64,000 nucleotides of DNA from Octopus sinensis (Eukaryota): NCBI RefSeq assembly GCF_006345805.1, contig NC_043013.1:4588001-4652000 (forward strand), written 5' to 3'. This document shows, in pieces, positions 21,874 to 35,156 of this stretch. The notes beneath the pieces are model-generated. The model was given only the letters and a program-made list of their open reading frames with translations. It was not told the DNA's origin and did not search any database. Position numbers and translations under genes: made by a program. How positions within the stretch are numbered: position 1 is the stretch's first letter; every line of letters begins with the position of its first letter.

Positions 21874-24800
21874 ATCACTTCAAGTACTACTGTCTTCAAG
21901 TACTACCAGTTGGCAAACGAATAAATATATGTAAATAATGTTTCTTCCTTCTTGGTGTTCATCCTTCGGTATTCATTGGTTACTCTGACATTGGCACAAT
22001 GATACACTTGCCCAAACTGAATTGCCGGAGATATTTCATTTATTCCAGAAAAATGTTTCTAAAAAGTTTTAGAGGTTTAAAGTTTGATCATTTCCACCCA
22101 GTCAGGAAAGAAGACCTGGAAGCTGTCACTTTGTGCATGACAAAATAGCACATATTGTCAATATTTGTAAACGTGTTATGCCTGCGGTAATTTTCTTTCA
22201 CGTAAATAAATCTTATCTAGCTGTTATTTTCTTTCATGTAAATAAATATTTATGTTAATTTAAAAGAGAAAAATATGAATGTGTCTGTGGCTTACGATTA
22301 ATTAAAATTACCAAAATTTTCAAACTTTAGTTACTAATAACTCCTTATTTATTAATTTATAGCGAAGATTATTTTCACTTCATTAATTAGCCTATAAAAG
22401 TGTATCATTACACTGCATATGAAATCAATTCGAAAAGAAAATTGACACAGGCAACCAAACAGAAAAGATCAAAAAAAAAAAAAAACAGTCACAAAAAAGT
22501 TGTGAGTACTATCAACTTTCACTGAGTACTATTTTATTTGTAGTAGTAAATTATAGATCTATTTATTATAACTAGCTGGACCCATGAGGGAGTAAGGAAT
22601 GCACAATGCTGACTAGAAAGGAAGAAAGGATAAAGGTGCCTCTACTCTGATTGACTGTATTCAAAGGAGTTCATTACTGGAGTCCGGAAATCTCATGGAA
22701 AAAAATTCATAGCCTGGAACTATGAAGTTGGTTCCAGAAAGCTTTGTACCTCACAGTCACACCTGCACCCCACCCTTATCCCATCCATCACACACACTCA
22801 CATAGCTGTATTTTCATTGAATTTGAGTCACTCAAATTGGGCTACTTTCAAATTTAGACCTCGGTACAAGGGCGAAAATTTTAAAACACGGATGCAACAA
22901 TTGATTCCACCGATACGGTCGTTATTATATGTGAAAGTAAGAATATTATACATGTCAGTAGAAAAATCACCACCAATTAGTAAGTCATAAGTAATAGTTT
23001 CTGTTTTGGGCACTGTGCAAGAGTATATCAATAGATAAGTAAAATTTGAAAAATATATACTGATAAGAGTAAAAATAGTAGAATTAGTAGATAGATTTTC
23101 AAAATTCAAACTTTGCTACATTGGAGAAATATAGGACAAGGGAAATAACTCTTTTCTGTTCGGCTATGTACTAACGTTTGTCAAAATAATTGATTACTTG
23201 TCTGGCTATCTTAGTCGTTTATTACCCATAGTACTGGGGGTAAGCACTAATTTACTTGCAAATAGTTGAAGATCGGCAACAGTAGGTAAATCTGTACGTA
23301 AAAATAGACTGACAGTACTAGGCTTAAAATGGTAAGTCCTGGGATCAGTTAGTTCAACTAAAACCCTTCAAGGCAGTGACCAAGCATGGCTGCAGTCAAA
23401 TGAATGAAACAAGTATAAGAAAAGAGATAAAAAGATACAATTTTTACAAGTTCTCAGATTATTAAGTTACCATTTAGAATGGACGGCAGTCCCACCCTAT
23501 CAAGTTAGAATTTATCCAAGATAATAACTTAGAATATTGACACTATAATGAGCATTATACTTTTATAAAACAATCAACTACTATGGCAAGTCTGTATTCT
23601 AACATTGTTTTAAGGGAATGCTGTTTTCAGTTAAATTGCATTCATAAGTTTTTTGTGATGTATGAAGTTTATGTAAGAACAGAAACAAATACTGAGAAGT
23701 TGTATTTAATTTTTTTATTCAAACAGCTTGCATAAAACAATTTTTATAATTCCAGAACTGTAATACAATTAGCTTTGTGAGAATAGCCTTGGAAGTTTTT
23801 CCTTTAACATTTTTATTCCTTCATTGAAGACTTCCGTTTCTTAGGTTTGAATCTAATCTTTGAATAAAAGAATTTTGCAAATTTTTAGTTTTACTTACCT
23901 ACCATAATCAAACTCTGCTTTTGACAAAGGTCAAGACCCAAGAGAAATAATAATAATAAATTCCTGAAAATACTTAAGTGGGTGCCAAAAGTGCAAGAAA
24001 TCTGATGAAATTTCTCAAATATCAAAAGCTATCACACTACTTTACAATGCAACAACATCTACAGCTGAAACAAACCAGTTAAGCACCATTGAAACCAGTG
24101 ATAGTGCACAAATTATGGGGGCCCTTTCCATCAATCCCCCCCCCCCGCCCTCTGCTGATACTTTTGAAACAGAGCAAATAAACCCAGAAACAAATTCAGA
24201 ATTGGTAAACAAGACTTATAGTGACCTTGCAAACTAGTTCGTCACAGTTGATATTTCATACAGAAGTGATTAATGGAAAATATTAAGAAGAAAAACAGAC
24301 GATTCCTATATACCAAGACTAGTCATGTTTACAAGGAGCAAAACATACTTTTCTTGAAGGTATTTTGAAAGCAGATTGAAAATGACCAGACTTTGATGAG
24401 ATCCTGATTAGTTTACTCAACGAACAAAGACTACATATGTATTGTGCTTGCAAATTCTTTTCTAAATGCCTCACAACAGATGAGTTTTCTGACTGAATGA
24501 GCATATTCAGAACTCTGAAGAATAATAAAAGATAGCATGGAACATAAATGGGTGATGCTGCATTGAAAAACAAGAAGGAAACCACACTGTGCAAGGAGTT
24601 TTAGTTGTTTAAGGGAAAGAGGTTTTGCATTTAGGGGTCATGAGGAGGAATGGGGCTCACTAAATAAGGGAAACTTTATGAAGTTCATTGAACTTTTTAC
24701 TGAGTTTGACCTGTTTTTACAGAAACATTTTGAGGAATGCAAGAATGAAAAGTAAATATTTCTCATCTTTCCAAAACTGTATGAAGAAGTGATAGATTTT

Positions 24801-25689
24801 TCTCTGAAGAGACCAATTGTAGCTGTGTAACAAGATGGTTTGTATACTATGAAGAAATCAGGACAATTAAAATGGGAAAACAGGTATTTTTCAAACTCTC
24901 AAACATATTTTTGAAAAGAGATACAAAGAATTTATACTACAAATTGGTGAAGTTTGAATACACAATTTTAAACAGTTATTTAGGAAGATGCGTTGGATTG
25001 CTTCAGCAAAACAATTAAGAAACTACCAATTCTTGGTTTCAATGTATTTGAAGTTTATCTTCCGCTATTGTCTTTACTTTTAAGGAACTCCAAGAAAATT
25101 CAGCCAACAGTATTGCACACTGGATTAAATGCTTAGTTTGTATAAAGTTTGTATAAATATACCACTGCAAGTTATTCTGATGCTTCTAAATGCATTGTTA
25201 CCATAAAATTTTCAAATGGAACAAGTGATAGTGCTTCTTTGAATGGATATGAGAAATTTAAAATAGAATCTCTAAATCACCTCTTTAACTTCATAGTAAT
25301 CAAATTACGTAAGAGGATTAACTTTGCAGATTGCAAAGTTCAAGTTCCTCTCAGAATTGGTAAACAACTCTGTAATTGATGAGGATTGAATTAAACTTAT
25401 GTCATATTACAAATATGATATTAACAATAAATTAGCAAATGAGTGTCATCAGTTCAGGGAATATTTGCATCTTAGAAAATCTCATAACACACAAGAAAAC
25501 ATGCCATCCAAAATGCAATGCACAGAAACTTTACAGTTTATTTATGAGCAACACCATCTTGAAATGTTCCCTAATATTACTACTTCACTTCTTCACAAAA
25601 ATGCCTATCAAAAGTTGTGAAGCAGAAAGGAATTTTTCAAAGCTATCCTTTATAGAGAATAAATTTTGGTATATCATGGCTGAAGAGCA

Positions 25690-28257
25690 TGTAGCAAGAC
25701 ACGTTAGCACTATTTTGTTGTGGTAGCATAGCACAATCATGCTATGCCCAAAACACCCAATCACTGCTGGGCACAGAAGAATACACTTGACCCAGTGGTA
25801 AAGCGCAAGTTTTGAAAGGCAAAAAACCAGTTCCTGAGAAGACATCAAGATGTAAACACATCAGTTGTTCATCCAAACGACAAAACATTGCTGAATTAAC
25901 CAGAAAACAGCATTCATACAACCATGGGATTCCTACCTTGCCTCACGACCACTTCAAAAATCCTTGGATATTTTAGATTTGCAGCCAAGTACCAGAGCTA
26001 ACTACCTTGATGGGTATTAAGGAATTAACTTTTGTCTCGCTACACCCTGTTGCCTCGAACGCTCTGATGTTCCTGCTACTTCATGAATGATCAAAGAATA
26101 AATTGTTGTTTGTTAACCAAAAACATTGCCTTCTGATATTTATCGTTACCTTCACGTAAAACATACATTTATACATTTCAAACCTTCTTATATGCACACA
26201 TCTAAATATACTTCCTAAAGTGGTAAGCCTAACTATTTGATTTTCCTCTTGTTATATTGGTGACCTGATATTATTCCCTGAAAAAATTTTTTTTAAAAAG
26301 GCATAAAATAAGTAACAAGAAAAACAACAAACCCAAAGAAAAAAAAACAGGCTTTGAAGCACTTGCTCTTTCTTTTAGGCAACCACATGTGTGAATTTTC
26401 TTTCATTTTCAACATGGCAGCTGACCTTCTTCTCCAAAGCATGACCATGTGGTGCTTCACGCATGTACACTGGTGCCACATGTATATGGCTTGCCTCATT
26501 TTCGCCTGGATTTTGCCTGCTCACTGCCATTGCTAAAAATAAAAAATAAAAATATTTCTTGATTCTGTTTCATTATAGATTTGTTTTATACAAATATGGA
26601 TGGAAAATACAAGTCACTGAAGATTTTCTTGGAAGACTTTGCTCACCTGTTTTTACCATACAGACTTTAATTCTCAGCCATGAGTCACTCACCATTACCA
26701 GCGTTTAGTGGGGATGTTTGACTTGATGTGCCCAGGTGGACTTGTATGCCATGGCAAATGACATTATGTCCAAGCTGCGACAGCTGCATATTCTCTTGAC
26801 CTCCGTCCCTCCTTCCCTGGTAAATCATCTCAAGGATCTCATCACTGACACCCCAAAAGATGCCACTTATTTAACCATCAAGACTGAGATTATTTGCAGG
26901 ACACCTCTCTCTGCAGGCAAGCATTTTCACACATTGGTACACGATGAATATTTGGGTAACAGGACACCGACTCAACTTCAGGGACGCAGTGAGAAGTCCT
27001 CTCCCCACCCACCTTACTCAGGACGTTATCATTTGTTGCCATACCATGATAAACATTTCACCATAGACCTGAATGGTTCCTGAGAAACAGTCTCAGTCGA
27101 TAGACTTAAATGGGCGTACACAGATGCTCTCACACTAGAGCCTCATACTCACCTCTCATACACAGCACAACAGGAAACAAATACTGTACCATTCTACTCA
27201 CCACAAACTCAGTTACACGCACCTTCCTCACCCCCACCAACATACATCACAACAACCTGCAGTGGTCGTTGTGTCCCTTGGCCTAAGAAACTATGTAAAA
27301 CTGTTTTTATATGAACCTATCATATTGTAATTTTTCCTACTTAATGCATTTATGCTGTTTTACTTTTTGTGTATACGTAGGAGTGGCTGTGTGGTAAGTA
27401 GCTTGCTTACCAACCACATAGTTCCAGGTTCAGTCCCACTGCTGTGTGGCATCTTGGGCAAGTGTCTTCTGCTATAGCCCCAGGCCGACCAATGCCTTGT
27501 GAGTGGATTTGGTAGACGGAAACTGAAAGAAGCCTGTCATATATATGTATATATATATATATATGTATGAGTGTGTATATGTTTGTGTGTCTGTGTTTGT
27601 CCCCCTAGCATTGCTTGACAACCGATGCTGGTGTGTTTACGTCCCCATCACTTAGTGGTTCGGCAAAAGAGACCAATAGAATAAGTACTAGGCTTACAAA
27701 GAATAAGTACCGGGGTCGATTTGCTCGACTAAAGGCGGTGCTCCAGCAAGGCCACAGTCAAATCACTGAAACAAGTAAAAGAGTAGAGTAAGAGCATGTT
27801 TACCTTGCCTTTGCATTCATGTAATTTTGACATGTTACTTGTTATCTATGTATATATTTTTTGTGAACACTCTGTATATTATTTGTAAAAATTCTTCCAT
27901 GTTCAAACACACACTTTTCACAATTTTGTACGTCGTCTTTATTTTGTTGGCCCTGAGAATTATATTTGGGTTTACATTTATTTTGCAATGACTTTCAGAC
28001 TGCAGGAGGTTATCTGAAGCAAGACATGTTTGCACTATTTTGTGGTAGCATAGCACAGTCATGCTATGCCTACATCCAAAACATCTCATCACTGCTGGAT
28101 ACATGTGACCCAGCAGTGAAGTGCATGTTTTGAAAGGCAAAAACCAGTTCCCAAGAACACCTCGAGATGTAAACGCATCAATTGTTCGTCCAAACAACAA
28201 AACGTTGCTGAATTCCTAAAGTGTTAAACCTAACTCTTTGATTTGCCTCTCGTTACA
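25690..28257 (+). mobile_element. Internally deleted Ty3/Gypsy LTR retrotransposon
   Basis: LTRs 25690-26256 and 28015-28257; 4-bp TSD AGCA on both sides; PBS-like TGGTGACC at 26258; gag remnant (LTSVPPSLVNHLKDLITDTP...LGNRTPTQL) joined to an integrase C-terminal remnant (PPYSGRYHLL..HDKHFTIDLNG). Confidence 0.85.
27317..27794 (+). mobile_element. SINE family B inserted in the Gypsy internal region
   Basis: Full-length copy between the two LTRs. Confidence 0.9.
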
Positions 28258-28872
28258 AGCACTTAAATCCATCATTCATATTGTCTCCAGAAAATTATAT
28301 AGCAAGAAGCTCTCATATCGTAAAATTTTGTGCAAACAGAAAAGAGTATTTTGTATGTGCTTCACATAGTATGTATTCCTGTAAGTTTTTAAGTGAAAGA
28401 TTATATTAACTCTGATCTTTGCTATGTTTCATTTCAGCAGCCTGCAGCACATGAAGCTTCTACATAAATAATCCCTAAATTTCATTACTTATAACTAAAA
28501 AAAACTATAAGATAATGGAAATTTTTATTCATACCAGTTACTTTGATGTGTGAGATAATCTAGTATAGCATTCAGAGATGTAGTAAAAATTTATTTTAAA
28601 ATTTGAAGTGATCTGTCATGGAACAAACACACTGAAAAGGATAACAACAGTTACCCAGAGCTTGTTGCATGTAAGAAAGGGCTCACTGCATGACCCCATT
28701 TAAAATACTTCATCTGGTCACTCAGTTCTCTGCCCATTGGACTTCATCATCCTTGTACATAAAGCAAGGCCTTTCAGATTTTATTGAATAATGTTTACCT
28801 ATTGTTGTTGGTTGTAAAGAGGCCCCTAACAGTTCAAGTTTGAGGACCCCAAAAATTTAGGTCCTTCATTGA

Positions 28873-29345
28873 GTTTATGAGGGCAGTACAAACCATGTAC
28901 AAAGAGGCTGTCAGTAAGATAAGAGTTAGCAATAACAGTGATGAACTTAGTATACAAATAGGGTCAACCAGGGACCCAACTTGTATGCACCCTATTTATA
29001 TGCAATTCTCAATCCCCTTCTATTTGTCGTAATCCTTCCAACCATAACAGAGGAGTTTAAGACTAGTTTTTCATGTGAATTCTTGTGTGCATATGACCTA
29101 ACTCCCATAAATGAGGTGTTTCTCACTATTACTGCTATACCTAAGAAGAAATCCCAAACTTAGAAGCAAAATCTGAAATCAAGAGGACCCAAAGTAAACT
29201 TAGCAAATTCTAAGATATCAATAAATAGGAGAGAAAATAGAACTCTAATGTCAGGGAAGCAGTCCTGCACAACATCGAGAAAAAGAGTTTGTTAGGAATT
29301 CCATAGTGTACTAATTGTAAAAGAGTAGCAGTGGAATCATAGACA
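28873..29345 (+). mobile_element. RTE LINE RT fragment
   Basis: MRAVQTMYKEAVSKIRV; LNPLLFVVILPTITEEFKT..CEFLCAYDL; homologous to 17900-18200. Confidence 0.75.
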
Positions 29346-29577
29346 ATTTAATCAAAGAAGCAAACTTTCTAATTGGCAAATGCAAAAGGGCAATAAACAC
29401 AAAAAAAAAACAAAGGAAAGAAATTTTGATAGATTATGATATTTGATCAGCAACGGAAACAGACTTTCAAAAATATAGAGTAGAAATGAAGAATGCTACA
29501 CTGAATGAATAATGCCAAAAGATACGAACAACTGACTAAAAATCAGCCGAGAGAAAAACTGGGTACAAGGGCAATTA

Positions 29578-30457
29578 TGAAGAGGTACCCAAAAGTAACT
29601 GGAAACATTCTCTGAGGAGCAAGCTTGTTGTAGTTCAGGTTTCCTCCGCTAGCAGCCACTTGATGTGACCCGTAGGCATCAGTATGCTAACCGACATTTT
29701 CAAGTGGTGTTGCACTGCCACATGGTGCACCTTTGTTTCACAGGGCTTTTCCCCTGTTCATTAATTTTTGAAAAGGCTGAAATGAAGGAACAGTGTGCTT
29801 CTGTGAAATTCTATTTTCTGCTGAGAGAAACAGCAGCTGAAACAGTTGCAATGCTTCAAACAACTTACAAGGATGCTGCCATGGGCGAAACACATGTTTA
29901 TGAGTAGTTTCCACACTTTAGGAATGGTCATTTGTTGCTTGAAGACTAATCTTGTTCAGGACAATTATGAACCTCCTGAACAAATGAAAACATCATGAAA
30001 ATTCATGAACTGGTCTTGGAGGACCATCACTGAAAAATTGACGGACTTGTTGATACGACTGGTATATCCTAGAGCTCCTGCCAACAAATTGTGAGTGAAA
30101 AATTGCGAATGAAAAGAGTTGTAACAAAATTTTTGTCCCTACCTGTGTACAGAAGATCAAATGCGTGCCATGAATACATGTTGTGAAGTGAAAAAACAGC
30201 TGAAAGTTGATCCAGACCTTTTTTCAAAGGTCACCACTAGTTCTATGGAATTTGCAAATGTGGAAAAGGTGAAGAAAAAAAAATGACAGAGGTGTTAAAA
30301 AGCAAGAGTTCCAGCACTGCTTCAAATAGAGGAAAACACACCTGGACCAATGCATTGCTTCAAATGGAGAATATTTTGAAGGCGATAAAAGTGTAAACAT
30401 GTAAAGCTAAGTGAATAAAATATTGCAAAATTCTGGTTTCTTTTGGGTACCCCCTCA
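29578..30457 (+). mobile_element. Internally deleted mariner with both TIRs
   Basis: TA|TGAAGAGGTACCCAAAAG ... CTTTTGGGTACCCCCTCA|TA; transposase remnant MKEQCASVKFYFLLRETAAETVAMLQTTYKDAAMGETHVYE. Confidence 0.85.
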
Positions 30458-30616
30458 TAAATGTAATGTACACTGATATGGGCACATGAAGACAATTTTA
30501 TAGAGAAATACTCAAAGTGAATAGAACTTTGCAATAGGAACTCAAGACAGGGTGAATGGTGAAGAGTTATCTAATGGTAGAGAAAACAAATGTGTGTATA
30601 TGAAAACACGTTTATA

Positions 30617-32420
30617 TCATCATCATTTTTAACATCCACTTTCCATATTGGCATGTGCTGGATGGTTTGACAGGAGCTGGCGAGGCAGAAGGCTGCACCA
30701 GGCTTCAGTGTCTGTTTCTGCATGGTTTTTATGGCTGGATGCCCTTCCTAGCACCAACCACACCACAGAGTGGACTGAGTGCTTTTTATGTGACACCAGC
30801 ACAGGTGAGGTTAGTTTTGGCATGGTTTTTACAGCTGGATGCCCTTCCAAATGCCAACCACTTTACAATGAGGACTAGATGCTTTTCACATGGCACCAGC
30901 ACTGGCAATGTCACCAAGTAACTTGCAAGATAAAGATCCTTTGAGAGGGGAGGAGGAATTGGAGGAGGCGATCTTGTGTCAGATGAAGGAAAGTTAGAGT
31001 GTAACAGAGACAGAAACAGGTGTCTTGCTGTAGAGGAGATACATGGTTACCTGATCAGAGAGAGGTAGTGAGAGTGCAAGGGAGAGCAGGAAAGAGATGG
31101 TTGTGAAGTGCCAGGGCATACACACAAGGAACAGGAGATCAGAATATAAAAGGAATGGTAGAGTAGAGCAAGTGAGAGACAGATGGTGGCAAAGTGCCAG
31201 GGCAAACCCTCAAATTTACAGGGAATAGTAGGGTATTGTCAAAGGTGCATGAGTAGGGAGTAGAGACTTCACATGAATGCAAAGAGTGTGGGGACAAGGA
31301 ATGCAGTGCCTGTTGAAACCTGGGTATATAGAGGGGGTGGGGACAACAGGACAGTAATGATACAGTGAGCAGGCCAGTGAGGACAGGATTGGGGAGCAAG
31401 AGAACAGCATGAGGAAGAGAAGACATGTAGACTGGATTGCATGGAGGATGGCTCACTTACAGTTAGTGATTCTGCAAAGAAAAAGGCTTGGAAATTCCAC
31501 TGTGAAAGGCTGCTAAATGCATAGGTGAAGAAGAGTCTGTCTAATGTGGACCCAACAAAAGGACCAGCCATCTGAATTGACAGTAGTTCAGTAGATAAAG
31601 CAATTAAGGATATGAAAACAAGGCAAGCCCCAGGCCCATCAGGGATCACCACTGAGATGTTTAAAATATCAGTTAGAGTGGGATATGACCTAGTCCCCCA
31701 TATAGTTAATCAGGTTGTCCTCAAGGGAGTAATACTCATAAACTTGTGGTGTATCAGCATTATAGTCAACTGCTACAAAGGTAAAGGTGATGCCTTAGAC
31801 AGAAATGACTACAATGTCATCAAATTACTGAACCAGGTAATGAATGTTATAGAAAGGGTTGTAATTAGAAATAGAGTTAGCCTGGACAAGATGCAGTTTG
31901 GAGTGGTTGGGATTAGGAAGGACATCCAGCCATAGAAACCAAGCCAAAATAGACTGGAGCCTGGTGCAACTCTCCCACTTACCAGTTCCAGTTAAACCAT
32001 CTAACCCTTGCCAGCATAGAAAACAAACACTAAATGGTAATGATGATATCATTAAAACCTCAAACTACAAGATAATGCATGACAATTTCAGAACAGTGTG
32101 AGTATATAAGCATCACATTTCACAGAGTAATCTGAATGCTAAAGGGTTAAGAGAAAAAATTGGGTACAAGAAGCATCAGATGTAGCGTGCAAGAGACTGC
32201 GCTGGTATGGTCATGTGATGTGTATGGATGACGACAGTTGCATAAAGAAGTGCCGATCTCTAATTGTGGAAGGAACCTGTAAAAGAGGTGAAGTCAAGAA
32301 GTCAAGAGATGAAGTAGTGAGAAAGGATCTCCAGATGTTGAGTCTCACTGAGAGGATGACAAAAGACTGAGACTTCTGGCGATTTGCTGTGCTTAAAATG
32401 GTATGCCTGGCTAAGTAAAA
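30617..32420 (+). mobile_element. RTE LINE fragments flanked by family C tails (inverted at 30617-30925, forward at 31905-32048)
   Basis: ORF MKTRQAPGPSGITTEMFK...CYKGKGDALDRNDY..IKLL..VMNVIERV is the RTE RT start; 32140-32420 is a C-terminal remnant. Confidence 0.8.
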
Positions 32421-32684
32421 TCATGGCCATCCATACATACAAGCTTGTCCTTTATGGCCATACCCCCAAACACAATTAATTCTGTCTTCTATCAACCCAT
32501 CTTCCCTACAGTCTCAGCACAGTACACTGCAGGCCCCCTCCACTCTCCCTCTCATTCCTATCCACACACTCTCACATACCACTCTAATCTCTCACAACAT
32601 CACTTGCTATCTCTGCCATGTCTAAACATCTGCCCTCACATTCTTAAGGAACAGTCCCCTCTATATTACTTATACCTATTTCAT

Positions 32685-32870
32685 TACTACCCACAGGGGG
32701 CTAAACACAGAGGGAACAAACAAGGACAGACAAACGGATTAAGTCGATTACATCGACCCCAGTGCGTAACTGGTACTGATTTATCGACCCCGAAAGGATG
32801 AAAGGTAAAGTCGACCTCGGCAGACGAAATACCGCTAGGCGTTTTGCCCGGCGTGCTAACGTTCCTGCCA
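32685..32870 (-). mobile_element. SINE family D
   Basis: Reverse complement of 15030-15260. Confidence 0.85.
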
Positions 32871-33089
32871 GACCAGCCCCAGCTCCTCCCTATGGGCAGA
32901 CCCACTCATTCTCACTCTGTCTGTATGTGTGTGTGTCTCTCTTTCTCACTAACTTTCTCCCACCTTCCTATCCTTCTTTGTCCCTCTGTGGTAGCCAAGT
33001 ATTTCCTCCATAGTAAGAAGGCTACTTCTGTCCCTTTATCATACTCTAATCTCTTGGTTCTACACCCTTTTTCATCTGAATGGTTGGGA

Positions 33090-33345
33090 GTCACATAAAA
33101 GCACCTAAAAGCACCCGATGCTGGTGCCAAGTAGAAAATACCTGTCTGATGCCACACATAAAGCACTGGTGCCGGTGCTACGTAAAAAGCACTCAGTATA
33201 CCCTGTGAAGTGGTTGGCATTAGGGAGGGGCTCCTAGCCATAGAAACCACGTGAAAACAGACAATTGGAATTACCAATTCCTGTCAAACTGTCCAACCCA
33301 TGCCAGCATGGAAAACAGACATTACCTGATGATCATCATTATCAT
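33090..33345 (+). mobile_element. Family C element
   Basis: AAAAGCAC repeats, GTGGTTGGCATTAGGGAGGG, GATGAT tail. Confidence 0.7.
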
Positions 33346-33873
33346 TTATGTATGCATACCAGCGGTGGTGCCCCAGCATGGCCGCGGCCTTCGGGCTAAA
33401 ACATTTTTTTAAGGATTTATATATGTATGTTTGTGCACATATTTTGGCCGCTCTACTAATTTGTTCTTATCAAGTCTACATCTCCCACTGCATGTCATTA
33501 TTGACTATCTCATCTCCCCATCACTCTTTCTGTTGCCCATCTTTCCATCCATTCATCTCTCTTTCTTCACTCATCAACTCTCTTTCAAATCATTCACTTT
33601 CTTCCACTCACCCTCTCTTCTAGTTCTGCTAGTAAGTGGCACCCTATTATTCATACCATTACTTTCTGTACTCATCACTCCCTTCTTCTCTGAGTCACTT
33701 TCTATTGGTACCCACCTGTACCACTACCTATCACTCATTTCCCACCCACCCACCCACACATACAGTCACAACCTTTACCCACTATTTTCGATTCTTCTGA
33801 CATCACTTTCTCTTCTACTCCGTTGTTTTTTTTCAAAATGTTACCTTGTAGAATACATATACACATGCCTTAA

Positions 33874-34093
33874 CCCTTTAGCATTCAAACCGGCCATATC
33901 CGGCCTAAATATTTTACCTCCTTTTTGTTCAAGACCATTCAGATCCAGCCTCTTACCCTATCCTACAATATTATTCCCAAAGCAAAGAGTCACATCGCAG
34001 AAATCTCACAGCTATGAGATAATGCAGGATTAATTCAATGCAATGTGAATAAACAAGCATCACATTTGGTAGAATAATGGGAATACTAAAGGG
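33874..34093. mobile_element. piggyBac-type MITE
   Basis: TTAA|CCCTTTAG ... CTAAAGGG|TTAA; same family as 15984-16204, opposite orientation. Confidence 0.85.
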
Positions 34094-34299
34094 TTAATCA
34101 GAGGTATCATAAATCTAAATGACATCACCACATTAAATCACCATTGGTACCTTCATGACACCCGATTCAGGGTTTTAGTTCATCCACTCTAACATTATTG
34201 AACCACACCTCCTTAACAGAATTGTACACACTAACTTGCCATGGCTGATTCGTTCAGATGGCCTAAAATCATTCTGCTGATACTAGAAAAGAAATAAGT

Positions 34300-34505
34300 T
34301 AAGTTAATTTTTTGGCTCAAAAGCAAAAAGCAAGGCCATGTAGAGGCACATGGAGTTATGTACAGGGTGGTGTTCATACAAAGAGTTCAGGCCATTTGTG
34401 GTCAAGGGAGACTTTGAACCAAGCGGTCGTCGGTATCTTCACTATTTCGTCCGGCAGCTTATTCCACGGATCCGCAACCCGGATGGAGAAAGCCCCTCTC
34501 CTTCG
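34300..34505 (-). mobile_element. CR1-clade LINE 3' fragment
   Basis: Same sequence as 44712 and 51953; (TAAC)n-type tail on the minus strand. Confidence 0.8.
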
Positions 34506-34906
34506 ATTGAAATGTTAAATGATTGTTAAAATTCAACACTGGATTGCATACCTACAATTAGAGCATACAGAGGACATCAGTTTAAAGTTTCTAAACAAGC
34601 ACACACAACTTCTTACAATTCTGCAACCAATGACATTCTTGAAGTAATCCATTGGCAGTTGAAATCAGCCTTATACACATTAAATTGTAACTGGTTAGAA
34701 TATCAAGCAATTATGTCTACCTTTTTAGAAACATAGTATATAAATATATATATTGCTTTCAAAGGTATTGCTTCCTAAAACTGCATCTTCACTAGTATCT
34801 CTGTGAACTTTTTACACCATCTCAAAATCCAAATGTTTCAGGAAAAAATACAATTTCAAAAGAACTCTATGATTCTCTATAAACTTCTAAGCATCTTACA
34901 GTTTTC

Positions 34907-35156
34907 GGATCTTTTCGGTTTGAACGGCAGTTTTTAACATAATTTCTAGGTAACTAAAAAATTTTAAACTTCGTATACTAGTAGAATGTGTTTATAAAAC
35001 ATCTTTTTCTCTTGGTTTTATTGAGAAAATTCTATAGTTTGTAAGATATTTGTTGTTTTTTTTTCTTGCAATAGATCGATACTAGGGTCATAATTATGGG
35101 TGACAATTTCATATGACACCGCTAGAAAAAAACTGCCGTTCAAACCGAAAAGATCC
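34907..35156. mobile_element. MITE with 8-bp TSD and GG-starting TIRs (Merlin-like), deleted copy
   Basis: TSD CAGTTTTC; TIR GGATCTTTTCGGTTTGAACGGCAGTTTTT; longer copy at 45920-46336. Superfamily assignment is tentative. Confidence 0.8.

Larger units (their letters stand above)
23880..28872 (+). mobile_element. hAT (ZMYM1/DUF4371-like) transposase pseudogene, split by a Gypsy insertion
   Basis: ERGFAFRGHEEEWGSLNKGNFMKFIELF (about 24615-24700); dimerisation motif MPIKSCEAERNFSKLSFIENK (about 25600-25670) continuing after 28257 as HLNPSFILS; possible right TIR TAGGTCCTTCATTG at about 28859-28872. Left end not located. Confidence 0.75.

Noticed and set aside
33431-34033. 200-codon ORF
   Set aside because: CT-rich low-complexity sequence running through a piggyBac MITE; no domain and no splice logic.
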